From Bacteroidota bacterium (GTDB taxonomy: Bacteria > Bacteroidota > Bacteroidia > Bacteroidales > VadinHA17), in contig QKGI01000139.1 of the NCBI GenBank assembly GCA_003250475.1, forward strand, positions 26,974 to 90,973: a stretch of DNA of 64,000 nucleotides. The letters are read 5' to 3'. Positions 1 to 8,578 of the stretch are shown here, one piece after another. The translations under genes were made by a program, and so were the position numbers. Within the stretch, counting starts at the first letter, position 1, and each line of letters opens with the position of its first letter. The notes beneath the pieces were generated by a model, which saw nothing but the letters and a program-made list of their open reading frames with translations, was not told where the DNA came from and did not search any database.

Positions 1-592
1 TGTCCCAGTATTTGCCTTTCTGGGTCACTTCCCGTATGTTTATCTCGGGATTGAAGTTAGTGGCAAAGGGTTTTCCATGGTCGCCGGCATTACAGTCGAC
101 TATATCGAGGTTGTGTATTTCACTGAAATGATGTTTTGCAGCATGTGCGGTAAAGACACCCGTCACCCCCGGGTCAAATCCGCAGCCCAGGATGGCTGTG
201 AGCCCGGCCTCACGATAACGGTCATGATAAGCCCACTGCCATGAATACTCATATTTCGCCTCCTCCGGCGGTTCATAATTGGCTGTATCAAGGTATGCCA
301 CTCCTGTCTCCAGGCATGCATCCATAATGTGCAGATCCTGGTATGGCAGGGCCAGGTTGACGACAAGGTCAGGCTTGAAAGCCCTTATCAGGGTTACCAT
401 GGCGGGTACGTCATCAGCATCTACCTGAGCTGTTTGCACCCTGTTGCCGCCGATAGCCGAAGCGATGGAATCGCATTTCGACTTCGTCCGGCTTGCAACC
501 ATTATCCCGCTAAATATTTCCGGCAGCTGGGCCATCTTTGTCACCGCCACGGTAGCGACGCCACCCGCGCCGACAACAAGCACTTTTCCCAT
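1..592 (-). CDS. carboxynorspermidine synthase / saccharopine dehydrogenase-family protein (N-terminal ~197 aa; C-terminus lies beyond the left edge)
   Basis: My own minus-strand translation from ATG (592-590) gives MGKVLVVGAGGVATVAV (Rossmann GxGxxG) ... GFDPGVTGVF ... DCNAGDHGKPFATNFNPEINIRE. This is colinear with remembered Vibrio carboxynorspermidine dehydrogenase. It is absent from the ORF track because it runs off the edge. Confidence 0.8.
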   Translation of the reverse strand, partial: MGKVLVVGAGGVATVAVTKMAQLPEIFSGIMVASRTKSKCDSIASAIGGNRVQTAQVDADDVPAMVTLIRAFKPDLVVNLALPYQDLHIMDACLETGVAYLDTANYEPPEEAKYEYSWQWAYHDRYREAGLTAILGCGFDPGVTGVFTAHAAKHHFSEIHNLDIVDCNAGDHGKPFATNFNPEINIREVTQKGKYWD

Positions 593-674
593 AGTCATCA
601 TAGATAAGTTATATGCAAAGTTAATTTTTTCAGACATTTTCTTTCGCCCCGGGATGCGGTTAGTATAAAAGTTA

Positions 675-682
675 TATTTTTG
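675..682 (+). promoter_or_regulatory. candidate Bacteroidota -7 box (TATTTTTG, consensus TAnnTTTG) upstream of corA
   Basis: Exact match to TAnnTTTG, 126 nt upstream of ATG 808. This is a motif match only. Confidence 0.25.
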
Positions 683-807
683 CACTCGTATCAATACAGT
701 TGTCTTTTATGGACGATTATCACGCGAGCCGTTATTATTTAAATTCGTTCTGCTGAGGTAAGTTGGCGACAAATACCTCCGTGGAGCAAAAAAGAGGAGG
801 TATTATA

Positions 808-1761
808 ATGATTACTTACTGGCAGATGATCCCGAACGGTCTCCTTCCGTTAAATTCTTTTGAAAAGGGCTGCATTGTCAATGTCACTGATCCGACACCA
901 TCAGAGATCGGTATACTGAAAACCACACTGAAAGTTCCTGAGGATTTCCTTGCTGACATTCTTGACGTGGATGAGCGATCGAGGATGGAGGTAGAGGACG
1001 ACCTGTTGCTTATGATTTACCGTATACCCTACCAGAACCAGTCTAACGGCTTCCCCTTCACCACTATCCCTTTGGGTCTGGTGCTGGATAAAAACAGCCT
1101 TGTCATCATCTGTCACAGGAACAACGAGGTGCTGGATGATTTCTTCAGCCGCAGCGGCAAAGGGATAACCATAGAGACAAAGATAGGGATAACCATAGAG
1201 ACAAAGATCGACCTGATACTTCATCTCTTCCTGAGGACAACAATGTTTTACCACCGGTACCTCAAACAGATCAACAACCAGACAGCGATGATCGAGCAGG
1301 ACCTCGAGAAGTCGACCAGGAACCAGGAGCTTCATCGACTCCTTAAGATGGAAAAGTGCCTGGTCTATTTCACCACTTCGCTTCGATCAAATGAGATGAT
1401 GATGCTCAAGCTCAAGAACTCGAAGTGGATACGTGAATATGAGTTTTCATCCGACCTCCTTGAGGAAGCTACCATAGAGAACCGCCAGGCTATTGAGATG
1501 GCCAAGATATACAGTGACATTCAAAGCGGAATGATGGATGCCTTTGCCTCTGTCATCTCCAACAATCTCAACATCGTGATGAAGTCACTTACCATCGTCA
1601 CCATTATACTGATGATACCTACCCTGATAGCTAGTTTCTACGGCATGAACGTACCGAACAGGCTTGAGACCAATATGAATGCCTTCTGGTTCATACTGGG
1701 AGGTTCTGTCATCCTCGCATTTGCAGGCGTGTTTCTGCTCAGGAGAAAAAAGTGGATGTAG
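808..1761 (+). CDS. corA: CorA-family Mg2+/Co2+ transporter
   Basis: YGMNVP (GMN signature) sits between two C-terminal TM helices. I prefer ATG 808, preceded by AGAGGAGG, over the track's TTG 763. Confidence 0.85.
   Translation: MITYWQMIPNGLLPLNSFEKGCIVNVTDPTPSEIGILKTTLKVPEDFLADILDVDERSRMEVEDDLLLMIYRIPYQNQSNGFPFTTIPLGLVLDKNSLVIICHRNNEVLDDFFSRSGKGITIETKIGITIETKIDLILHLFLRTTMFYHRYLKQINNQTAMIEQDLEKSTRNQELHRLLKMEKCLVYFTTSLRSNEMMMLKLKNSKWIREYEFSSDLLEEATIENRQAIEMAKIYSDIQSGMMDAFASVISNNLNIVMKSLTIVTIILMIPTLIASFYGMNVPNRLETNMNAFWFILGGSVILAFAGVFLLRRKKWM
1161..1208 (+). repeat. perfect 2 x 24-bp tandem duplication (AGGGATAACCATAGAGACAAAGAT), in frame within corA
   Basis: Units 1161-1184 and 1185-1208 are identical. 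They encode GITIETKI twice. Confidence 0.95.
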
Positions 1762-1765
1762 TCAC

Positions 1766-1796
1766 TGCCGGCTGACCTGATGCCGGCACTCTTTTT
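1766..1796. terminator. hairpin terminator between convergent corA and murU
   Basis: TGCCGGC (1766-1772) pairs with GCCGGCA (1782-1788) and is followed by CTCTTTTT. Confidence 0.4.
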
Positions 1797-2517
1797 AACC
1801 GGCCCCGGACAGATGTTTCCTTATCTTTTCAAGGTTTTGTGGTGTGCCGCAGTCGAACCAGTATCCGTAGTCATGCAGGCAGGTCATTATCTGATGCTCT
1901 TTTGCCAGCATCAGGTAGAGCGATGTAAGCGAGTACACTCCCGGGGTCATCAGCTCAAAAACAGCAGGCGACAGCATCTGTATTCCTGAGAAGCCGACCT
2001 CTTCCAGTTTTTTACTGCTGCCGACGGTTATGATCTCCTCCCTGGTGGCATTGTTCCTCCAGCCCCTCACCCGCCCTGCCGGGTCAACAAGCAGTTGCCT
2101 GTTGCCTGGCCTGTGTCTCACGGCAAGAGTAGCCAGGGCGCCGGATTCCAAATGCTGCCTGTACATTCCCGGAAGATCGAGATCAGTAAACTCATCGACA
2201 TTATGACACAGGAAAGGAAGGTCATCGAAGAACAGCCTGGCCTTCATCAATCCGCCAGCCGTGTCAAGCAACTTGTCGCTCTCATCGGATACAGTAATCT
2301 TATATCCCTTCTGCCTGAGCTTTTCAATCTCCTCCAGCATCTGGCCGGGATGATGGTGTATGTTTACGATGAGATCGTCAAACCCGGCCTTTGCAAGCTT
2401 CTCAGCTGTAAGCTCAAGCATCGATCTGCCGTTGATGATGGCAAGTGCCTTGGGTCTGGACCGGGTAAGGTCGCCCAGCCTTGTCCCGAGGCCGGCGGCA
2501 AAGATCATCGCTTTCAT
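1795..2517 (-). CDS. murU: sugar-1-phosphate nucleotidyltransferase, MurU-like (N-acetylmuramate-1-P uridylyltransferase)
   Basis: N-terminal MIFAAGLGTRL...RPKAL nucleotidyltransferase motif. It has a 4-nt overlap with the upstream kinase gene, the classic amgK-murU pairing. Confidence 0.65.
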   Translation of the reverse strand: MKAMIFAAGLGTRLGDLTRSRPKALAIINGRSMLELTAEKLAKAGFDDLIVNIHHHPGQMLEEIEKLRQKGYKITVSDESDKLLDTAGGLMKARLFFDDLPFLCHNVDEFTDLDLPGMYRQHLESGALATLAVRHRPGNRQLLVDPAGRVRGWRNNATREEIITVGSSKKLEEVGFSGIQMLSPAVFELMTPGVYSLTSLYLMLAKEHQIMTCLHDYGYWFDCGTPQNLEKIRKHLSGAG

Positions 2518-3932
2518 TTGTCAAGCTCTGAATGACTTACCGAGACTGTTACCCCGGGCATTGCTGACAGTAATGATGCTACCTTTGCTGCACACCATAC
2601 CGAGCGCTGTTGTCCGCCTATACAGCCAAATGCCACGTTTATCTCAATCACTCCCTTTCTCCTGAGCATCGGCAGGGAGTTGCGTATGATGTTGGTACAG
2701 TCACCGGCAAAAGCTACTGCCTCATCATCATTACCGAAGAACTCGGCAACTTCAGGATCAAAGCCGGTGAGTTCGGCAAGGTCAGGTACATGTGCCGGGT
2801 TTCTCAACCCCCTGCAGTCAAAGACAAACCCGCCACCGTTATCATAATTGACAGTCCTGCCCTTTACATAGGAAAAACTTTCGATGTTAATCGTCACCAT
2901 CTGCTGATAATGAGACAGGATACGATATTTTCTCTGAAGAGGTACTGCCTCCGAGGCTTTCTTCAGCTCCGGGAGAGCAATCTGCACGGCATCACCGGCA
3001 AGCAGATCATTCATCAGCTCCACTGCAGGAACGATGCTCTCGGTGAATGTCGGCTTGTTCTCATGAAGTCCCCTGAAGCCAAAGGCACCGAGAGCCTGCA
3101 TCAGCCTGACAAGTGTAAAGGCACCCTGGTACTTTTCAATTGACTGCCTTGTTTTGCCTGTGGCAGAGGCAAAGAGGTCAAGATGACGGTCAAGCGTTTT
3201 TTGGCGTATTGCCGAAGGAATATATGCCTTGGCATCATAAACGAGTGAGGCTATGTCATACTGTGGCGCACCCAGTCTTCCTCCCTGGTAGTCAATATAC
3301 CACGGTTTGCCGTCCCTGATCATAATATTGGCTGTCTGGAAATCACGGAAAAGGAAATACTCCTGGCCCGCATCAAGCAGGAAGAGGGTAAGCAGTTCAA
3401 AATCCCGCTCCAGCTTTGTCTCATTGAACGGAGCACCGATCAGCTTCAGGAACATATACTTATAATAGTTAAGGTCCCATACGATGCTCTGGCGGTCAAA
3501 GCTCCTGTGGGGGTAACACAACGACAGGTCCAGGCCGTCGATGCCTTCAGTCTGAAGCCTCACAAGGTCGGCGGCTATCGTAAGGAAAAGAGCCTCTGTC
3601 TCACCGTTGAACCTCTCCTCATCAGAACGTTGTGCCAGCCAGGTAAAAAGATTTGTATCTCCAAGATCCTCAAGAAAGTATATTTTCTCTTCCGGATAAT
3701 ATACATATATCTCAGGAACCGGCAAGCCTTTGGATCTGAAATGGTTGGAGAAGCCGACAAAGGCCTCGTTCTCCTCGCGGCCCGGGTTATAGGCACCGAT
3801 TACCTGCCCCTCGGGGTAAAAGAATCTGAAGTATACACGGTCTGATCCTGATTGCGGAAGACGCGTTATCATATCTGGAGGAGTGCCCTTCCATTTTATA
3901 AAAGCCTGTTCTACGGTAGTTCTTACATCCAT
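2514..3932 (-). CDS. amgK: AmgK-like anomeric amino-sugar kinase (APH-type phosphotransferase fold) fused to a RapZ C-terminal-like domain
   Basis: The N-terminal ~330 aa has an APH-like core (FRDFQTANIMI ... YIDYQG). The C-terminal ~130 aa (FVFDCRGLRNPAHVPDLAELTGFD ... INVAFGCIGGQQRSV) is colinear with remembered E. coli RapZ C-terminus (VFDVRFLPNPHW...MTGLD...[13 protein letters not shown]). Confidence 0.65.
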   Translation of the reverse strand: MDVRTTVEQAFIKWKGTPPDMITRLPQSGSDRVYFRFFYPEGQVIGAYNPGREENEAFVGFSNHFRSKGLPVPEIYVYYPEEKIYFLEDLGDTNLFTWLAQRSDEERFNGETEALFLTIAADLVRLQTEGIDGLDLSLCYPHRSFDRQSIVWDLNYYKYMFLKLIGAPFNETKLERDFELLTLFLLDAGQEYFLFRDFQTANIMIRDGKPWYIDYQGGRLGAPQYDIASLVYDAKAYIPSAIRQKTLDRHLDLFASATGKTRQSIEKYQGAFTLVRLMQALGAFGFRGLHENKPTFTESIVPAVELMNDLLAGDAVQIALPELKKASEAVPLQRKYRILSHYQQMVTINIESFSYVKGRTVNYDNGGGFVFDCRGLRNPAHVPDLAELTGFDPEVAEFFGNDDEAVAFAGDCTNIIRNSLPMLRRKGVIEINVAFGCIGGQQRSVWCAAKVASLLSAMPGVTVSVSHSELDK

Positions 3933-3933
3933 T

Positions 3934-5208
3934 TCAGAACCTGATTATGATCTTCCTGCGATATAGTATATATCCAAGAGCCCAGATGAATACCACCTGC
4001 ATAATAGCGAAGAGCAGGCTGGCAAGCTTCTGTTCTGTGAACAGCGGGCTGCAGATATTGGTGAAGATCCATTTATACAGTGTTAACTCTCCTATTTTGA
4101 CTGCCAGCATGGTTTTTGTCCATATGCCTGCCAGGAGATAGGTGGTCATGGGATTAAGCCCGAAAGGCATGAAGAAGTTAAGCTTGAGCAGCAATGCGAA
4201 GGCTATTACCAGCAGCCCTACTGTAAGAACAAACATGGAGCTCTGGTTTCCCCCTGAAGCTGCTTTCCAGATGAACCCTGCCACAGCCAGGACAGCTCCC
4301 ATAACCAGGATAATACCTATGGTATGCCAGTTCTGTATCTTGAGGATATCCACTATCATAAACAGGAGTGCCAGTATAACCATCCCGATACCGCCAGCAT
4401 ACAGCACATATGAGCTGGTCCAGATAGGCTTGTTGATCGGGAAATAGTGGTTCCATATCAATCCTGCCCCGATGAGCAAAGCGCCGGCCAGTGCGAGCCA
4501 TCCTACTGTTTTCCATGAGTTGCCCATTTTGCCAGTAAGGCTGCCGGCCATAAATCCCAGCAGGACTGTTGCTGTTGCAGGTAGCGTGCTGAGCAGACCT
4601 TCAGGGTCAAATGGCATTCCGAATCCTTTGTAGAGATGGTTCTCTCCCAGAACAGCTATGTCAACCGTACGGGCGAAATTACCCTCCAGGGAATAGGGAT
4701 CACTACCCCCGAGAAAATACATCAGCGCCCAGTAGCCAAGTAATATCACCGCAGTGGTGATCCATATGTAATTCTTTTTTACCAGCAGGACCAGCAGAGC
4801 TCCCAGGCCCCATGCCAGTGCTATACGCTGCAGGACCCCCATGATCCTCAGCGTGCTGTAATCACGGGCGAAGTGCGGAAAAATGTTAAGAAACAGCCCT
4901 GCGCCAAAGATCAGCAGGACCCTTCGCAGGATGCGTACCAATGATGCTCCGCTGAACTCAAAATTGTACTTGCGTAGCGAATACCACATTGCCACTCCTG
5001 AAATGAAAAGGAATGAGGGGAATACAAGGTCTGTCGGAGTGCACCCATGCCAGGAGGCATGTCTGAGAGGCGCGAAGACGTGACTCCATGTGCCCGGTGT
5101 GTTGACTATGATCATGAAGGCCACCGTCATACCCCTGAAAACGTCAAGTGACATAAGCCGTGCCGACCTGGCCCCTGCTTTACCTGATGAAATCTTTGCT
5201 GGTGTCAT
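3934..5208 (-). CDS. DUF5009 / heparan-alpha-glucosaminide N-acetyltransferase-like polytopic membrane protein
   Basis: N-terminal LDVFRGMTVAFMIIVN...HASWHGCTPTDLVFPSFLF motif typical of the HGSNAT/DUF5009 family, followed by about 10 TM segments. Confidence 0.7.
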   Translation of the reverse strand: MTPAKISSGKAGARSARLMSLDVFRGMTVAFMIIVNTPGTWSHVFAPLRHASWHGCTPTDLVFPSFLFISGVAMWYSLRKYNFEFSGASLVRILRRVLLIFGAGLFLNIFPHFARDYSTLRIMGVLQRIALAWGLGALLVLLVKKNYIWITTAVILLGYWALMYFLGGSDPYSLEGNFARTVDIAVLGENHLYKGFGMPFDPEGLLSTLPATATVLLGFMAGSLTGKMGNSWKTVGWLALAGALLIGAGLIWNHYFPINKPIWTSSYVLYAGGIGMVILALLFMIVDILKIQNWHTIGIILVMGAVLAVAGFIWKAASGGNQSSMFVLTVGLLVIAFALLLKLNFFMPFGLNPMTTYLLAGIWTKTMLAVKIGELTLYKWIFTNICSPLFTEQKLASLLFAIMQVVFIWALGYILYRRKIIIRF

Positions 5209-5282
5209 AACTGTTTTATTATTCCCGTAAAAATAGCAATTTGGAACTAATCAGGAGGGAAAAGATTACCAAAGAAAATTGC

Positions 5283-5290
5283 TACTTTTG
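5283..5290 (+). promoter_or_regulatory. candidate -7 box TACTTTTG (TAnnTTTG) for the GH3 fusion gene
   Basis: Exact consensus match 25 nt upstream of ATG 5315. Confidence 0.35.
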
Positions 5291-5314
5291 GTTCATCCTT
5301 AAAAACAGCATTCT

Positions 5315-8272
5315 ATGAAAAAGATATTTCTTCCCGTTCTGTTTTCACTTGCAGTTCTTTCATTCATCATACCCGGCGTTTATGCCACGGTAACAGATGT
5401 GCCATGGCAGAAGTACTCTGATGACAATAAAGTCGACAGTCTGCTTGACACCATGACCCTGAGAGAGATGATTGCACAGCTTATCTGGGTGCCTGCCTGG
5501 GCTGATGCCACGGGAGGAAATTTCAGGCAGGTGGAGGAGCTGGTGACAAAGTACGGCATAGGCGGTGTGATCTTTTTTGAAGGGTCACGGGATCTCCAGG
5601 TTGACTTCACCAGGAGGATAAACGAGGTCAGTAAGATACCTCTTATTATCGCACAGGATGCCGAGTGGGGAACAGGTATGCGCCTGACGGAGGTGGAGGA
5701 TTTTCCTTACCAGATGACCCTCGGGGCACTCCAGGATGACTCCCTGATTTACAGGATGGGGTCTGCTGTTGCATGGCAATGTCACGACATCGGGGTAAAC
5801 ATCAACCTGGCGCCGGTGGCTGACGTGAACAACAATCCTCTCAATCCTGTCATCAATTACCGCTCCTTCGGCGAGGATCCGCAGAAAGTAGCCGACAAAG
5901 CTGCCATGTACATGAAGGGCATGCAGGATCATGGCATTATTGCCTGTGCCAAGCACTTCCCGGGTCACGGTGACACAGATGTGGATTCGCACACGGGGCT
6001 GCCGGTTATCAGGGGCGACCGCAAAAGATTTGATACCGTAGAGCTGATACCCTTCCGGCGCCTGATTGATGAAGGTGTGGGTGCAGTGATGACAGCACAT
6101 ATCAATGTGCCGGGACTGGATGATACCCCCCTGCTGCCTGCCACCTTCTCGCAGAAGGTTATCACCGGCATCCTCCGTAATGATGAACATTTCAGGGGAC
6201 TGATAATAACAGATGCCATGAACATGGCGGGTGCCACTCTGACCTACCCGTCAGGTATTGCCGATGCCGAGGCGCTCAAAGCCGGCAATGATGTTATTGA
6301 ATACTCCACAGATCCCCTGAAAGCTATTGATGAGATAGCCCGGAGGGTTGAAACAGGAGAGATACCGCTGGAGCAGATAAAAACAAGGTGCCGCAAACTG
6401 CTGGAAGCCAAAGTATGGCTTGAGAGCCGCAATGACTCCGTGAGCGGCTGCGGAGATGATGCCCATGGCCTGCCCGCCTCCGCCCACCCGGCATTGATAA
6501 GGGACCTGTACGCAGGTGCAATGACACTTATTGAAAATAATGATAACCTCCTGCCCTTTGGCCGTCTCGACAAGATCAGGATTGCTACAGTGGCTGTCAA
6601 CAGGCTGGGTATGACCGAGTTTCAGAAGATGACTGACAGGTATACCAATGCTGACCACTACTTTATTGATCCTGACAATGTTCAGGGAGCACGGTTTATT
6701 ATCTCAAAACTTAAGGATTATGATGTGGTTATCGCCGGATTCTGTGCTCTTAAACAGAAACCGGCTGGTTTGTACGGTGTGACCCCGGAGCTTAACAGTG
6801 TCTTCCACCAGATTGCATCACTCGACAGGTCGGCAGTCATCTGGTTTGGTAACCCGTACGGGATAGCACGGCTCGACATGTCAGTCAAACCCACAGCCAT
6901 GCTTGTAGCATACCAGGATAACAAATATTCTCAACAGACGGCTGTACAGGTACTGTTCGGTGGCCTGGGGGCCTCCGGCAAACTGCCGGTGACAATTAAT
7001 GCAGGCTACCCGGCAGGCTATGGCATAAAGACTGCCGGCGATATGAGGTTACAGTTCGGCTTCCCTGAAAATGCCGGTCTGTCATCAGAAATACTGTTCA
7101 GCAAGGTCGATTCCATAGTGAAATCAGGCCTTGATTCCCTTGCTTTCCCAGGCTGCCAGGTGTTGATAGCTTGCAAGGGAATAGTAGTACTTGATAAATG
7201 TTACGGACACCATATGTACGACAGTACGGAGGCTGTCACTGAATATGACCTGTGGGACCTTGCCTCCGTCACAAAAGTATCAGCCGGCACACCTTCGCTC
7301 ATGGTATTGCAGGACAGGGGACTCTTTGACCCGGACAAGACGCTTGGATATTACCTTCCATGGTACAGGCATTCCAACAAAGGTGACATGCTGCTGCGCG
7401 ACATGCTCTCACACCAGGCAGGCCTGGTACCTTTTATTCCTTTCTGGAGAAACACACTCAGGGAAGACAGGTCGTTTAAAAAAGGGATCTTCAGCGACTA
7501 TAATCACAGGAAATATTCTCTTCCTGTCTCTGACTCATTGTATATGAACATACGTTATGTCAGGGAAATGTTCAGGGAGTTACGTGACAGCAGGATTACA
7601 GAGAGATATAAATACGTATACTCAGACAACACCTTCATTCTGGCTGCTGAAATCGTCGAGGCCCTTACTGACACCACCATTGACAGATTTGCGCCCCAGG
7701 ACATCTACCGTCCTATCGGTGCTTTCAATATCACCTACAATCCGCTCGCAAAGTACCCGAGGGAGAGGATTGTCCCGACGGAATATGATTCCTTGTTCCG
7801 CAAGCAGCTTATCAGGGGCACGGTGCATGACGAGGGTGCAGCGATGCTGGGAGGTGTCTCAGGCCATGCCGGCCTCTTCGCCTCCGGCAACGACCTGTTG
7901 AAGCTTATGGAAACATACCGCAGAGGAGGTGAATACGGGGGAGCACGCATATTCAGCAAGGAGGTGCTGAAGGAATATACCACCATGCAGTTTCCGCAGA
8001 ATAATAACAGGCGCGGACTAGGGTTTGACAAGCCGATGTTGCACAATGACACCATACCGCCTGAGGATATTTATCCATGCTGGTCAGCCTCACCCTCAAG
8101 CTTCGGGCACGGCGGGTTCACCGGCACTTTCGTCTGGGTTGACCCGGAGGCTGAGATATCGTATGTCTTCCTGAGCAACAGGGTTTATCCCACCCGTTAT
8201 AACAGCAAACTCTCCGATCAGTCTATCCGCGGCAATATACTGCAGGCTGTCTATGACTCAAGAATAAAATGA
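5315..8272 (+). CDS. secreted glycoside hydrolase family 3 (NagZ-like beta-N-acetylhexosaminidase) fused to a beta-lactamase/PBP-family serine hydrolase
   Basis: Signal peptide present. GH3 motif KHFPGHGDTDVDSH. C-terminal SxxK (SVTK, Ser codon 7265-7267), YSDN and HGG(FTGT) motifs of the class C beta-lactamase/esterase family. Confidence 0.85.
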   Translation: MKKIFLPVLFSLAVLSFIIPGVYATVTDVPWQKYSDDNKVDSLLDTMTLREMIAQLIWVPAWADATGGNFRQVEELVTKYGIGGVIFFEGSRDLQVDFTRRINEVSKIPLIIAQDAEWGTGMRLTEVEDFPYQMTLGALQDDSLIYRMGSAVAWQCHDIGVNINLAPVADVNNNPLNPVINYRSFGEDPQKVADKAAMYMKGMQDHGIIACAKHFPGHGDTDVDSHTGLPVIRGDRKRFDTVELIPFRRLIDEGVGAVMTAHINVPGLDDTPLLPATFSQKVITGILRNDEHFRGLIITDAMNMAGATLTYPSGIADAEALKAGNDVIEYSTDPLKAIDEIARRVETGEIPLEQIKTRCRKLLEAKVWLESRNDSVSGCGDDAHGLPASAHPALIRDLYAGAMTLIENNDNLLPFGRLDKIRIATVAVNRLGMTEFQKMTDRYTNADHYFIDPDNVQGARFIISKLKDYDVVIAGFCALKQKPAGLYGVTPELNSVFHQIASLDRSAVIWFGNPYGIARLDMSVKPTAMLVAYQDNKYSQQTAVQVLFGGLGASGKLPVTINAGYPAGYGIKTAGDMRLQFGFPENAGLSSEILFSKVDSIVKSGLDSLAFPGCQVLIACKGIVVLDKCYGHHMYDSTEAVTEYDLWDLASVTKVSAGTPSLMVLQDRGLFDPDKTLGYYLPWYRHSNKGDMLLRDMLSHQAGLVPFIPFWRNTLREDRSFKKGIFSDYNHRKYSLPVSDSLYMNIRYVREMFRELRDSRITERYKYVYSDNTFILAAEIVEALTDTTIDRFAPQDIYRPIGAFNITYNPLAKYPRERIVPTEYDSLFRKQLIRGTVHDEGAAMLGGVSGHAGLFASGNDLLKLMETYRRGGEYGGARIFSKEVLKEYTTMQFPQNNNRRGLGFDKPMLHNDTIPPEDIYPCWSASPSSFGHGGFTGTFVWVDPEAEISYVFLSNRVYPTRYNSKLSDQSIRGNILQAVYDSRIK

Positions 8273-8351
8273 TCACTGTAAACGGGCCTTCCGGGAAGCC
8301 TCAGCAAGGAGGTGAATGATTTCCGGGAAGATACCTGGTTCAGTGTAGCAG

Positions 8352-8398
8352 AAAAAAAAAGGAGGCTGTCTCATTTCTGAAACAGCCTCTCTTCTTTT
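8352..8398. terminator. bidirectional rho-independent terminator
   Basis: GAGGCTGT (8362-8369) pairs with ACAGCCTC (8382-8389). It is flanked by A9 on the left and a T-rich run on the right. It lies between the GH3 gene (+) and the tRNA pair (-). Confidence 0.6.
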
Positions 8399-8399
8399 G

Positions 8400-8483
8400 T
8401 GCCCAGGACAAGACTCGAACTTGCACACCCTTGCGAGCACCAGCCCCTCAAGCTGGCGTGTCTACCAATTTCACCACCTGGGC
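8400..8483 (-). tRNA. tRNA-Leu (anticodon GAG), class II with long variable arm; CCA not encoded
   Basis: Hand-folded reverse complement: acceptor GCCCAGG/CCTGGGC, anticodon stem CCAGC/GCTGG, loop TTGAGGG, T-loop TTCGAGT. Confidence 0.9.
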
Positions 8484-8491
8484 GTGGTTTG

Positions 8492-8578
8492 TGGTGCCCA
8501 GAACAGGACTCGAACCTGCACATCATTGCTGACACTAGTCCCTGAAACTAGCGCGTCTACCAATTTCGCCATCTGGGC
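8492..8578 (-). tRNA. tRNA-Leu (anticodon CAG), class II; 3' CCA encoded (8492-8494)
   Basis: Acceptor GCCCAGA/TCTGGGC followed by A and CCA, anticodon stem CTAGT/ACTAG, loop TTCAGGG, T-loop TTCGAGT. Confidence 0.9.
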
